Below are positions 28,656 through 38,059 of a stretch of DNA of 64,000 nucleotides, one piece after another. Origin of the DNA: Laspinema olomoucense D3b. Its GTDB lineage: Bacteria; Cyanobacteriota; Cyanobacteriia; Cyanobacteriales; Laspinemataceae. The stretch covers positions 43,902 to 107,901 of the forward strand of contig NZ_JAMXFA010000001.1 of NCBI RefSeq assembly GCF_025370785.1, read 5' to 3'. A program made the translations under genes and the position numbers. The notes under the pieces were generated by a model. That model saw only the letters and a program-made list of their open reading frames with translations, ran no database searches and had not been told where the DNA came from. Position 1 is the stretch's first letter. Each line of letters opens with the position of its first letter.

Positions 28656-30055
28656 ACGAACATGATTTGGGTTCGGGGGTTACTCAAGGACACATTGGTT
28701 CAGGTTTTTATGCCAATGTTTATCTAACTTCCATAGATATGAGATTCGGCTCTAATAATGAGTGGGGTCTTAAATTCTTCCGGTATGTTGATGATATGAT
28801 TATCGTTATTCCAGATCCAGAAGATGAAAAAGATGTTTTAGAACAGCTTAAGAAAGAACTACAAGAAATTGGACTGGAACTAAATGAGGATAAAACAGAA
28901 ATTTTTCACTCAGTATCCGATTTTTTAGAAATATGTAGTGAAGATGAAGATTTAACGAATTTGGGCAATGAATTTCAAGGTATTATTAATCTTTTGTGGA
29001 TAATGAACTCGGATTATCGAACTGCATTTAAATCAGCCTACCGAAAAGAAGATGATAAACTGTGGTGGCACTTAGTAGAACAATATCAATATTACCTTCA
29101 ATCACTAAAAATTTACATTCACACACCGGATCTTAGCCGTCGAATACATTCTTATATTTTTAACAGTAAAAAACGCCTGAAAGATTTAAAGGAAAAACAA
29201 GAGTTAAATTTGCCCAGCCTACCTGATGAGCATCAAGATATAATAAATTGGAAAGAAAATTTTGAAAATGCCAATCTAAATTGGAAAAACTCCAAAGACA
29301 GCTTAAGAGCCAAACTTGTAAGTATGTTTTGCGAAAGCTGGGAAAACTTACAAGCACTTGCTCCAAATGATGTAAAGACAGCTAGAAACCTCCAAACACG
29401 GATTCGTTTTGCCTTGAACAAGCTCTCTTTATTGGGTATAACAGAGATTTCTAAATATTTGGCAGATATTTTGTGTCAAAGCCCCTGGACGGTCCGCGAG
29501 CCTTTACAAGCTGTAGAAAGTTTGGCACGCCAAGGATGTTTATCTGAAGTCATTGGGATACTTGCCTACTATCAACATACCTCATATCCCATGAGTGAAT
29601 ATATGAGATCTGTTACTTTAAGAGCCCTCAGATTTTTACCTGAAATGGAGGTATTTATCTGGGAAAAAATTGTAGAATTTGCAACTATTGGGACTCTGGT
29701 AGAACGACTCATGGCAACTGAAACCTGGATAGCTTTGGGGTATATATCGGAGCAGTTCGTAGAGCCACATCATATTGATGCTGTATTAGTTGCTTTACAT
29801 GGCGAACCCAAGCCCACACCCAGACTCAAGAAAAATTATCTGCTTATTTTGGGACTGCATGATAGCCAACTTATTAAGAACGAGCCTATAAACACTCAAG
29901 ATTATTTGTTAGATGAAGCCCGTAATCTTGTATTAGAAGAAAGTGTTGGTGATTTATTTAGCTACCAGGAGCCTCAAATAATTCGAGAAAAATACTATAG
30001 TGGAAAGGGTCAATCCGAGATAGGCGATGAAGTCGATTATCCCGTCCTGAGATAA
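28652..30055 (+). CDS. reverse transcriptase, C-terminal part (RT motifs B-D/thumb plus alpha-helical repeat domain)
   Basis: Motif B is GVTQGHIGSGFYANVYLTSID and motif C is FRYVDDMIIV, the YxDD box. Motif D is LELNEDKTEIF. A roughly 330-aa helical, HEAT-like tail follows. The part starts at TTG in the -1 frame, overlapping the upstream stop at the A6 run. Confidence 0.7.
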   Translation: MNEHDLGSGVTQGHIGSGFYANVYLTSIDMRFGSNNEWGLKFFRYVDDMIIVIPDPEDEKDVLEQLKKELQEIGLELNEDKTEIFHSVSDFLEICSEDEDLTNLGNEFQGIINLLWIMNSDYRTAFKSAYRKEDDKLWWHLVEQYQYYLQSLKIYIHTPDLSRRIHSYIFNSKKRLKDLKEKQELNLPSLPDEHQDIINWKENFENANLNWKNSKDSLRAKLVSMFCESWENLQALAPNDVKTARNLQTRIRFALNKLSLLGITEISKYLADILCQSPWTVREPLQAVESLARQGCLSEVIGILAYYQHTSYPMSEYMRSVTLRALRFLPEMEVFIWEKIVEFATIGTLVERLMATETWIALGYISEQFVEPHHIDAVLVALHGEPKPTPRLKKNYLLILGLHDSQLIKNEPINTQDYLLDEARNLVLEESVGDLFSYQEPQIIREKYYSGKGQSEIGDEVDYPVLR

Positions 30056-30164
30056 ACAAGGAAACTGATTATGACGCTTCAATTTATTAACTTTTAAGAA
30101 AGGTTGGCTTCAGCTTGCTAACTGGAAGTTGTGCCGATCGCCCCCTAAACGTCCTCAAACCTCC

Positions 30165-30195
30165 GAAAAAAACACAAAAGGCGCGATCGCCGCGC
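30165..30195 (-). terminator. rho-independent terminator of the minus-strand gene 30215-30670 (GGCGCG-atcgc-CGCGCC plus U-tract on minus strand)
   Basis: On the plus strand an A-rich run aaaaaaacacaaaa precedes the GC hairpin. The site lies between convergent genes. Confidence 0.5.
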
Positions 30196-30214
30196 CTCCT
30201 GTTACTTATCCAAA

Positions 30215-30670
30215 TTACGACTCCCAGTCGGGACAGTCGCCATCGGCTTCCCAGCCATAGGGATGCATCCCACAAACCAGTAAATTGCCCCCGTAAACCT
30301 GTCCGTGATAGTTTTTACAACCGATACAGGCTGAATATTTTTCCGCTGTGGGTTCCACAGATGACACAAACCCATCCATGTCCGTCGGGAATTCATCTAG
30401 TCCTAAATACAGGTCAAAAAAGGGATCAACTAACTCTTCAAAATATTGGTCGAGTTCGGTAAAAATTGTGGTTTGCAATTCTTCCGTGAATTCTTCAGAC
30501 AGTTCCATGATATCTGAAGAAAACCTTCCCAAAATATCAACGAATTCCTCGACCTCTTCCGTCACTTCTTGAACAAAGCGATCCACTTCTTGTCCCGCTG
30601 TTTCTAACATCTTGAAAAATTCTTTCGGCCAATCTTCCATAACCCTTTGCCTAATGATTTCCGGAAGCAA
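30215..30670 (-). CDS. hypothetical acidic protein with C-terminal Cys/His cluster
   Basis: The C-terminus is CIGCKNYHG...LVCGMHPYGW...DCPDW. No family is recognisable. Confidence 0.35.
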   Translation of the reverse strand: MLPEIIRQRVMEDWPKEFFKMLETAGQEVDRFVQEVTEEVEEFVDILGRFSSDIMELSEEFTEELQTTIFTELDQYFEELVDPFFDLYLGLDEFPTDMDGFVSSVEPTAEKYSACIGCKNYHGQVYGGNLLVCGMHPYGWEADGDCPDWES

Positions 30671-30673
30671 TCT

Positions 30674-31045
30674 TTATTCGTTCTGGAGTCGCCGTAGTTC
30701 ATCCTGTAACGATTGTACCTGATCGCGCAGGTTATTCACCTCCGGAGGTTTCTCCGGGGCGGGTTCTTCATCGTCTTCTAAGATTTCAATGCGACGGGGC
30801 TCTCGTGGCGTTGTGGGTTCAGATGGGGGCTGCTTGATCTGCTGCTGGCCCTGTTTCATCATGTCTTCCACGAAGCGACGCGCTTCTTCGGTGCTCATTT
30901 CGCCCCGTTCGACCATTTCATCGGCAAGTTTTTGGGCTTGGTCCCGCACTTCGGCTAATTTTCCGGTTGCTTTTTCGCCCGCGTAAGACGCGATTCCCAC
31001 TCCCAGATAGAAGGCCTTTTGTACCATATCACCGAAACCAGGCAT
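30674..31045 (-). CDS. hypothetical phasin-like small protein
   Basis: MVQKAFYLGVGIASYAGEKA...EEARRFVEDMM resembles the phasin / granule-associated helical protein family. The assignment is tentative. Confidence 0.35.
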   Translation of the reverse strand: MPGFGDMVQKAFYLGVGIASYAGEKATGKLAEVRDQAQKLADEMVERGEMSTEEARRFVEDMMKQGQQQIKQPPSEPTTPREPRRIEILEDDEEPAPEKPPEVNNLRDQVQSLQDELRRLQNE

Positions 31046-31311
31046 AGGCAGTATTGCTCCTTAGTCGCTGAGGTTACTGCTTCTAGGATAAGGCCAATAG
31101 AGGCGGAGTGACCACCAAAAAGCGGCAGTAAAAAAAAGTGACCCGGATACCACGCCTGTCACAAGCATCCCGTATTGCTGCTACCTTCCGGTCCTGACAA
31201 GATTTGGGCGTTATGACCGCATGGGTCCAGGTCATTTACAACTATATCATTGTTGTCCGACTCTTGTCTAGGGGGTTGCGGAATATTTTTTAAAGTTGTG
31301 ATTTCAGCCCG

Positions 31312-31590
31312 TTATTCAACGACGATACACCACTCATAGAGGTCGTAGTTGACGCAGCCATGCTTGACGAGAGGGTCCTCAGCGACGATCTGCTGGGCTT
31401 CTTCCATTGACTCCGCCTCAAATAGCAGCATTCCGCCTCCGCGTCGTTGCCAATAGCCAGTTTTGGCGTTATGTCCTTTGGCAATTAAATCTTCAACGTA
31501 GGCTTTATGGGCAGGAACGTGGCGATCGAAGGTAGGTTTATCGACGATTCCTTTTTCTATCTTGACAAACCAGGGCATTTGAGGGTGCAC
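31312..31590 (-). CDS. YciI-like family protein
   Basis: This 92-aa protein shows a YciI-like pattern in WFVKIEKG...AHKAYVEDLIAKGH...GGGMLLFEAESMEEAQQIVAEDPL. Confidence 0.55.
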   Translation of the reverse strand: MHPQMPWFVKIEKGIVDKPTFDRHVPAHKAYVEDLIAKGHNAKTGYWQRRGGGMLLFEAESMEEAQQIVAEDPLVKHGCVNYDLYEWCIVVE

Positions 31591-31687
31591 TCAGGGGGTA
31601 GGGGTTAAAGAGGATTGGCCTGGGACTCGCAAGAGTGCAGGTCATCGCAAATTTTAGCATCAAATGCGCTAAGGGTTGGGGTTGCCC

Positions 31688-34444
31688 TTAAAAACAGGCT
31701 TTGAGGCGGGTGGGGGGGATGGAATGGGGGATGGACCGATCGCCCAATAACTGGCAACCCTGACGCACTAAATCATCCAGTTCCAGGTTCCAAACGATCG
31801 CCGTTCCATCGTCACTGGTGGAGGCTAATTCTCCCCCTTCTGGAGACCAGGATACATGAGTGATGGCTTGTTGATGTCCGCGTAAGGGAGTGAGGAAACT
31901 GCCGTCTCGGTTCCAGAGGTTAACGGTCCCCTCAGCAGTTCCGGTGGCAAGGATTTGGGAATCGGGGTGGAAATTGAGGCTAGTGACGGGGCTAGAATGT
32001 GGGAGAATACTTAATAATTTACCATCGGTTTCTCGCCAGAGTCGGACGGTGCCATCATCACTGGCGGAGGCTAATAATTGACCATCGGGACTGAAGCGAA
32101 TGGCAACGACGCGATCGCCATGTCCTTCGAGGAGATGAATCAATTTACCATCGCTGGTTCTGCGAAGGAATATCCGGCGATCGCTACTGGCAGAAGCGAG
32201 GGTTTTGCCGTTGGGTGAAAACCTCACGGATAAGACTTGATCCTGATGTTCTGTCCAGGTTTGCAGCAATTTTCCATCTTTGATCCGCCAAATTTTCACG
32301 GTTTTTTCTTCTGCGGTGGCGATCGCCTCTGTTTTGGGACTAAAACTCACATCGGTGATGGGACTTGAATGAGGGATTGTCAGGGGTAATTTTTTTCCGG
32401 TGGTTGTCCAGAATTGCAGGGGATGATCCGGGGTTGCGACTGCGAGGATTTGGCGGTTAAAACTGATAGCAATGCGGTGGATTGGACTGGGAATATTGTC
32501 TAAATTCTGGGCAACGGTGCGATCGCCATTCCACAGGGTAACAGTATGAGGGGTAGCCGTGACGATTCCCTGACCGTTGGGGGTAAATTCCAGGGCGATC
32601 GCTGGGTGAGGATGGAGGAGGCGATCGGGTTCGATGAAACCATAGATCGCCTGATGTAACCCTAGGGCCACGCGGAACTGAGTGGCGGAGTTGACCCCAA
32701 TAAATGCCTTGAGTTCTTGGGCGGCTTCCAGGCTTTCTATCAGGGCCAGTTCTGCTTTATTTTCCGCAATTAAAACTTGAGAAAGCAAGGCAATGGCATT
32801 AAGTTTTGTATGGGTTCTATCAATGGATTTATTAACCCAAAATACGCCAATTAGGAATGACAAAATAGCAATAATTGCACCGCTTAAGGCGATTATACGT
32901 TGGGAGAGATGGTCCCGATATTCTTGAAGTTTGGCGTCGCTGATTTCCCGGAGATTTTGTTCCTGAGTGAGTTTTTCTAATAATTCTTTTTCTCGATAAA
33001 GTTGCTGAATTTTGAACTCAGTTTGTTCCGCATCTTTGCGAAATTCGCTTAATTCGGCTTCTTGACTGGCGGCTAAAAATTGATAATCGCGATCGCTCAA
33101 ATTTTTCCCTTTGGCCCATTCACCGGCATCTTGTAAGGCTTTTCCTCTCAGTAAGCGGGAAGTATCCTGGCAGTTGGATTGCAACCAGGCTGCTAATGCT
33201 TCGGCATAAGGACGCAAATCAAATAAGGATTTTTCCACCCATTTGGGGTTAAAAATTGCAGCATAAATGGGATTGCTAAGGGTTAAGTTTACGTCTACAA
33301 CTCGGACTAAACCAGATAGGCGTAATTCGGTTTGTTCCGGACTATCATCGGCGGGGATTGCTTTAAATTGTAAGATTTTTTGATAGCATCCTAGTAAACG
33401 TCCCGCCCGTTGTGGGTTTCTCAAGAGGCGATCGCGAACAGTTCGCAGATGTGCCGGTTCGTCCCGAGATTCCCAATTGTCAATGATTTGGGTTTTAATG
33501 AATCCTTCGACCCATTCTGCTTCATTGCCGGATTGGGGTAAAAATTCGGGGCTAACTTTTCCCGTTTCAAGAACCAATTGACATAATTTTTGGGTTAAAA
33601 AAGGTTGTCCCCCAGTCCAATGGAGAATCTGGTGGATGACTTCTTGGGGATTAGCCACGATAGCAGCTAATCCAGCGACTAGCGGTTGGACTTCATTGAG
33701 TTGAAAGCCCGATAAATCAATCGCATGGCCGATATTAAAGGGGGTACGAGTGCGATCGCTAATTAAATCCGAGGGGGTGGCAACTCCCAAGAGGGCAAAA
33801 GTCAGGCGATCGTAATGGGAATTTTGCGATCGCTTATTGTAGCAAGACCGAATTAAGGCAAAAAAGTCTTCCAAAGATTCATTCACGCTTAACACGCTAT
33901 CAATTTCATCAATAAAAATCACAATTCGCTGAAAAACCTGTTGCAACAACACCGTTTCAATCAGTTCCCCCAAACGATGAACTGGAGAAATTGACTCCCG
34001 GTCCTGCCACCAGTTCATAAACTCCAAAGCATCTAATAAATTAAAATTGCTGGTGAGTTTATAGGCAACGCCTCCATACCATTGTTCGAGAGAAATTTGT
34101 TTACTACCAATATCAGAAATATCAATCGTAGCACAGGCAACTCCCTCAGCAGTTAGACGCTGCACTGTTCGCACCAGCAAGCTAGATTTTCCCATCTGCC
34201 GAGAATTAAGAATGTAACAAAACTCGCCAATTTTTAACTTTTCATAGAAATTAGAATCAGCTTTTCGCATCACATAGGTAGGAGAAGTTTCCGGCAAACT
34301 TCCTCCCGCTTGATAATAAGTTCCTTTTTGCATAGTGAGGGCTAAATTAAAAACAAAATATCTCAATTTAGATAGACCTGAGATTTTGCACCCGTTGCAA
34401 CAACCGGCGGAGGTTAAAACGAGTGGCGGCCTCATAGCTTGCAT
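31688..34444 (-). CDS. AAA-like (STAND-type) NTPase with coiled coil and C-terminal WD40 repeats
   Basis: The block YVMRKADSNFYEKLKIGEFCYILNSRQMGKSSLLVRTV resembles the cyanobacterial AAA-like domain with a Walker A-like GKSSL. The C-terminus carries WD40 repeats (GHQQAITHVSWSPEGGELASTSDDGTAIVWNLE). The more likely start is the Met at 34333, at MQKGTYY. Confidence 0.7.
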   Translation of the reverse strand: MQAMRPPLVLTSAGCCNGCKISGLSKLRYFVFNLALTMQKGTYYQAGGSLPETSPTYVMRKADSNFYEKLKIGEFCYILNSRQMGKSSLLVRTVQRLTAEGVACATIDISDIGSKQISLEQWYGGVAYKLTSNFNLLDALEFMNWWQDRESISPVHRLGELIETVLLQQVFQRIVIFIDEIDSVLSVNESLEDFFALIRSCYNKRSQNSHYDRLTFALLGVATPSDLISDRTRTPFNIGHAIDLSGFQLNEVQPLVAGLAAIVANPQEVIHQILHWTGGQPFLTQKLCQLVLETGKVSPEFLPQSGNEAEWVEGFIKTQIIDNWESRDEPAHLRTVRDRLLRNPQRAGRLLGCYQKILQFKAIPADDSPEQTELRLSGLVRVVDVNLTLSNPIYAAIFNPKWVEKSLFDLRPYAEALAAWLQSNCQDTSRLLRGKALQDAGEWAKGKNLSDRDYQFLAASQEAELSEFRKDAEQTEFKIQQLYREKELLEKLTQEQNLREISDAKLQEYRDHLSQRIIALSGAIIAILSFLIGVFWVNKSIDRTHTKLNAIALLSQVLIAENKAELALIESLEAAQELKAFIGVNSATQFRVALGLHQAIYGFIEPDRLLHPHPAIALEFTPNGQGIVTATPHTVTLWNGDRTVAQNLDNIPSPIHRIAISFNRQILAVATPDHPLQFWTTTGKKLPLTIPHSSPITDVSFSPKTEAIATAEEKTVKIWRIKDGKLLQTWTEHQDQVLSVRFSPNGKTLASASSDRRIFLRRTSDGKLIHLLEGHGDRVVAIRFSPDGQLLASASDDGTVRLWRETDGKLLSILPHSSPVTSLNFHPDSQILATGTAEGTVNLWNRDGSFLTPLRGHQQAITHVSWSPEGGELASTSDDGTAIVWNLELDDLVRQGCQLLGDRSIPHSIPPTRLKACF

Positions 34445-34579
34445 TCGGTTAAAAACCGACTAAAAACAACATACTATAAGACGTTTAGTCGGTTGAAACT
34501 GACTTGATTCTGGTAAGCCGCCAATTGTTTTATCCCCTGCCAGGTATTGTCACTAATTCTAACCCAGGGTTTAAAGAGG

Positions 34580-35515
34580 TCAAGACAACTGCTTGACTTT
34601 GCCATTATTCTGCTGAGAAACGAGCGATCGCACGCCGTCTAAGGTAGCTGGGATCTGACGTGGATCGGGGATAGTTCCTTTTCCCTCTCCACCCATTTTT
34701 AGGGATATATCCAGATAAGTTTGAGCCAATAAAAATTGCATCGCTTCCGTAGCGTAGGGGTCAGATTCTAGGGTTTTGGCGAGGGTGGAAACGGCTTCGG
34801 CTGTGCCTTTAGCATTCAGCACTTGTTGCTGTTGTTGCGCTTCAGCTTGCAAAAGTGCCGCTTGCTGCCTTGCTTTCGCTTGTAAAATCCGGGCCTCTGC
34901 TTCCCCTTTCGCATTATTAATCGCGGCTTCTCGTTGTCCTTCTGAAGTGAGAATTGCGGCTTGTTTTTTCCGTTCCGATGACATTTGCAATTCCATCGCT
35001 TCTCGGACAAATAGAGACGGAATAATATCTCGTAATTCGACTCGGGTTACTTTAATTCCCCAAGGTTCGGTCGCGATATCGAGTTGCTGTAAGAGTAATT
35101 CATTCACATCACTACGGGCCATGAAAGTTTGTTCTAGTTTTAATTTGCTCATTTCTGAGCGAATTAAGGTGGTTACCAAAGTGACCATTGCAGACTGAAG
35201 GTTTTTAACTTTATAATAAGCTTTTTCAATGTTTAAAATCCGCCAATAAACAACGGCATCCACGCTAATCGAAACGTTATCCCGGGTCATGCAGGTTTGA
35301 GGAGGAATATCGAGAAATTGCTCGCGAGTGGTTTCTTGATAGGCGACTTGTTCCAGGAAAGGAATCATAAAATTGAGTCCGGGTTGGAGTTTCTTGCCGT
35401 CATATTTGCCGAGGGTTTCCACTAAAGCTTCATCCCCTTGTTTGATGATTTTGACGCTACCGGCGAGGGAGGTTCCAGTTACGGCGAGAAAGATTAAAAA
35501 TAAGGATTCGTACAT
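34580..35515 (-). CDS. SPFH/band-7 (stomatin/HflK-C-like) protein
   Basis: An N-terminal TM ([14 protein letters not shown]) precedes an SPFH core and a coiled-coil E/A/Q-rich tail. The longest ORF reaches 35761, but the start at 35515 leaves a sensible gap to the NfeD gene. Confidence 0.65.
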   Translation of the reverse strand: MYESLFLIFLAVTGTSLAGSVKIIKQGDEALVETLGKYDGKKLQPGLNFMIPFLEQVAYQETTREQFLDIPPQTCMTRDNVSISVDAVVYWRILNIEKAYYKVKNLQSAMVTLVTTLIRSEMSKLKLEQTFMARSDVNELLLQQLDIATEPWGIKVTRVELRDIIPSLFVREAMELQMSSERKKQAAILTSEGQREAAINNAKGEAEARILQAKARQQAALLQAEAQQQQQVLNAKGTAEAVSTLAKTLESDPYATEAMQFLLAQTYLDISLKMGGEGKGTIPDPRQIPATLDGVRSLVSQQNNGKVKQLS

Positions 35516-35570
35516 GATAAAACTCCTGATGGGGTGGGTGAACTGAATGGAGTAATGGAATGTATAGGGC

Positions 35571-36143
35571 CTAAGAATGAAAAAGCTGTTGAGGAATGAC
35601 AATGAGGGTGTTGCCTTCGCAGCGTAAGACGTACACTTTTTGGTTAGCGGCGATCGCCAAGTCACGAACATCACATTGTGCGAGCCAGGAACTGCCTTCA
35701 TAGAGGACTCGCCCGACTTCCCCGGGTAAGATCGAGGATAGGGTTTTAGCTTCGGTTGCATCCGGGACGGCGATCGCCCTTTTGCTTTGGATAAACATTG
35801 GACGTAACCAAATCACCGAAACCGTAGACAATCCCATCCAATAGAGAACTTGCCACTTAAACCGAACCACCATCAGTACCCAGGAGAACCCGAGGACCAT
35901 AATCAGGGCTGTAATTCCCATACTTAAGGCGATCGCCTTATATTTATGACCGAAATATTTTCGGACCACTAACTCAATCGCACAAAAGCTCACACCCGTT
36001 AGCCCCCAGAATAGGGGCCTTAACCAGCTAGGCGGACTTACAGGCATCGGCAACAAAGCATATACACTCATCGTTGCACTTTGTATCGGCATGGTTAGTA
36101 GGGCGATCGCAGAAAAATCAGTTACCATTGGAACTTCCTCCAA
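35571..36143 (-). CDS. NfeD-family membrane protein (partner of SPFH)
   Basis: TM helices precede a C-terminal OB-fold-like segment ([15 protein letters not shown]...[14 protein letters not shown]). It sits in the classic NfeD-SPFH operon order. Confidence 0.6.
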   Translation of the reverse strand: MEEVPMVTDFSAIALLTMPIQSATMSVYALLPMPVSPPSWLRPLFWGLTGVSFCAIELVVRKYFGHKYKAIALSMGITALIMVLGFSWVLMVVRFKWQVLYWMGLSTVSVIWLRPMFIQSKRAIAVPDATEAKTLSSILPGEVGRVLYEGSSWLAQCDVRDLAIAANQKVYVLRCEGNTLIVIPQQLFHS

Positions 36144-36237
36144 ACTCGATTCGCTGTTTTTCTCATTACATCCTGGGACTGACTGAGATCCACACTGAGT
36201 TCTTTGAGTTCCCTTCGAGTTTCTATCGATTTGAGTT

Positions 36238-37248
36238 TTAGCGTAAACTCACAAATCCCGCTTTCCGAATTAATTCTTGCCCCTGTTCAGTTAACAAAAA
36301 TTTGGCATAAGTCTCCCCCGCTTGTTGGTCAAGTTGCCCATTTTCTTTAACAACCACCACCAATCGCCGACTCCAAGGATATTCTCCGCTTCTAAACACA
36401 TCTAAATTCACTTCATTGCGCCGCTGAGGACATTCCGACAGCGGAACAAAGGGCAATTTATAAGGCGGGACAAAGTTATTAGAAGTCCGTCCCACAGCTA
36501 AGGGTTTTACCATGCATTGAGACACCAGCAAGGGTGCAGAAGCCCAATAAATTCCCCCGAGATTTGAAGCCACTCCCCTTAAGGCTTCGGTGGTTGTGGA
36601 GGTTAAAATAACACTCGGGTTAGAATCTCGGTCAATTTTGCCATAGGGTTGAATTTTTAAATCCGGTCCGCCCACTTGATTCCAATTGGTAATTTCTCCC
36701 GCATAAATTGCATCAAATTGCTCTATCGTGATCCGGGAAATGGGTAAAGAGGGATGGACCACGATCGCAATCCCATCAATGGCAACGGGAATTTCTTTCA
36801 GCGTAAACCCTCTATCCCTCGCTTTTTGATATTCCGCATCGGAAATTGGTCTAGCCGACATCGCAAAGGTGAGTTGATTATCTAATAACATTTGAATGCC
36901 CGTTCCTGAACTCGGTGCACCTCTGACTGGATCAGTATAACGGAGTTGAAACTGCGGCCAAACTGTTTGAATGGCGGGGTCTACGGCGACCCGTATTGAC
37001 ACCCAAGTGCTACTCCCCCCGTGACTAAATAATCCTCTAGGAACGTTCTGCACCTCGGCTAAAGTTTCCGGGTAAGTTTCTCCCCCGGGATTAACGATTT
37101 CTTCGGACGGGGTGGGATTTTCTGAGTCCGTCAATAATCGTCGTCCCCAGTCTAATTCTTTCGTCAGCCACCAGACTGAGGCACCCATCAACCCTAGGGC
37201 GATTACTAGGGCTATAATTAGCGTAGTTGTTTCTTTTTTGGCAGACAT
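36238..37248 (-). CDS. PstS-family phosphate-binding protein (orphan; SphX-like)
   Basis: An N-terminal TM/signal precedes a periplasmic binding-protein fold with GGSSTW and IAIVVHPS blocks. No pstCAB genes lie downstream. Confidence 0.65.
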   Translation of the reverse strand: MSAKKETTTLIIALVIALGLMGASVWWLTKELDWGRRLLTDSENPTPSEEIVNPGGETYPETLAEVQNVPRGLFSHGGSSTWVSIRVAVDPAIQTVWPQFQLRYTDPVRGAPSSGTGIQMLLDNQLTFAMSARPISDAEYQKARDRGFTLKEIPVAIDGIAIVVHPSLPISRITIEQFDAIYAGEITNWNQVGGPDLKIQPYGKIDRDSNPSVILTSTTTEALRGVASNLGGIYWASAPLLVSQCMVKPLAVGRTSNNFVPPYKLPFVPLSECPQRRNEVNLDVFRSGEYPWSRRLVVVVKENGQLDQQAGETYAKFLLTEQGQELIRKAGFVSLR

Positions 37249-37301
37249 AGATTCCTCATCTATCCAGTTTTTTGGGTTTATTATATCAGAACATCCAGGC
37301 T

Positions 37302-37340
37302 TTAATTATTTCTGGATATTTAACTTTCATTAAGCTACTA
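37302..37340 (-). promoter_or_regulatory. putative Pho-box-like TTAA repeats (11-nt phasing) upstream of the PstS-like gene, followed by a TATAAT -10
   Basis: The minus-strand sequence is CTTAATGAAAGTTAAATATCCAGAAATAATTAAAG...GATATAAT. Two TTAA cores sit 11 nt apart, and a third is degenerate. Confidence 0.25.
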
Positions 37341-37426
37341 GGCGACGAGGGAGGAATCGCTATCAAGCATCAAACCGGATTTCGACTAAAGTTAGGACGT
37401 TGAATACCGGATCACCCCCGATGTTT

Positions 37427-37951
37427 TTATCCCTTGAATAAATTGGGCTGGGGTAAACCTATAAAAGCGCGAATGATATTGGCGGTTTCTTGATGAGTTT
37501 GCCAACTGGAACTCACCCCCTCTAAAGGGATAAATCCTCCATTCTTTAAAAATAAAACAATCTGAAAGTCTTGGGGAATATCTCCCTCCCAAGTACGAGA
37601 TTCTATTAAAATCTCTCGGATTTCGGCGAGGGAATATTCAATCCGTTTAGAAGCGATCGCCCGATCATACTTCAAAATCAGGCGATCGCACTGTTTATCC
37701 AGGGTACAAGTTACCACAGGGCCCCAGCAAACTAAGGTAAAATTTCCCATCCCAAGGGTCAACAATAACAGTAAAGGTATCCACCACAGATGAACAATCC
37801 AGGTTAAAAAAGAACCGACTGCCAGCAACAAAAACGGCAGTCCCAGAACCAAACCCCCAGAAATCAGCCAGACGAAATAAGGGCGATGTCGGAGTTGGAG
37901 TTGCGTCGGGGTTTTTTTAATAACAATCATCTCATGTACCTGTTCTTTCAT
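37427..37951 (-). CDS. hypothetical membrane protein
   Basis: Two N-terminal TM helices are followed by a soluble domain. No family is recognisable. Confidence 0.3.
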   Translation of the reverse strand: MKEQVHEMIVIKKTPTQLQLRHRPYFVWLISGGLVLGLPFLLLAVGSFLTWIVHLWWIPLLLLLTLGMGNFTLVCWGPVVTCTLDKQCDRLILKYDRAIASKRIEYSLAEIREILIESRTWEGDIPQDFQIVLFLKNGGFIPLEGVSSSWQTHQETANIIRAFIGLPQPNLFKG

Positions 37952-38059
37952 CTCACAGAGGACAACCCTCCTCCCGGGGTTTACATTCTTCCATCCTAGA
38001 GATTCCCCCGGCGAGTACCCCCCTGAGTTATTTTAAACTTCATCGACTTCTCATCGACT

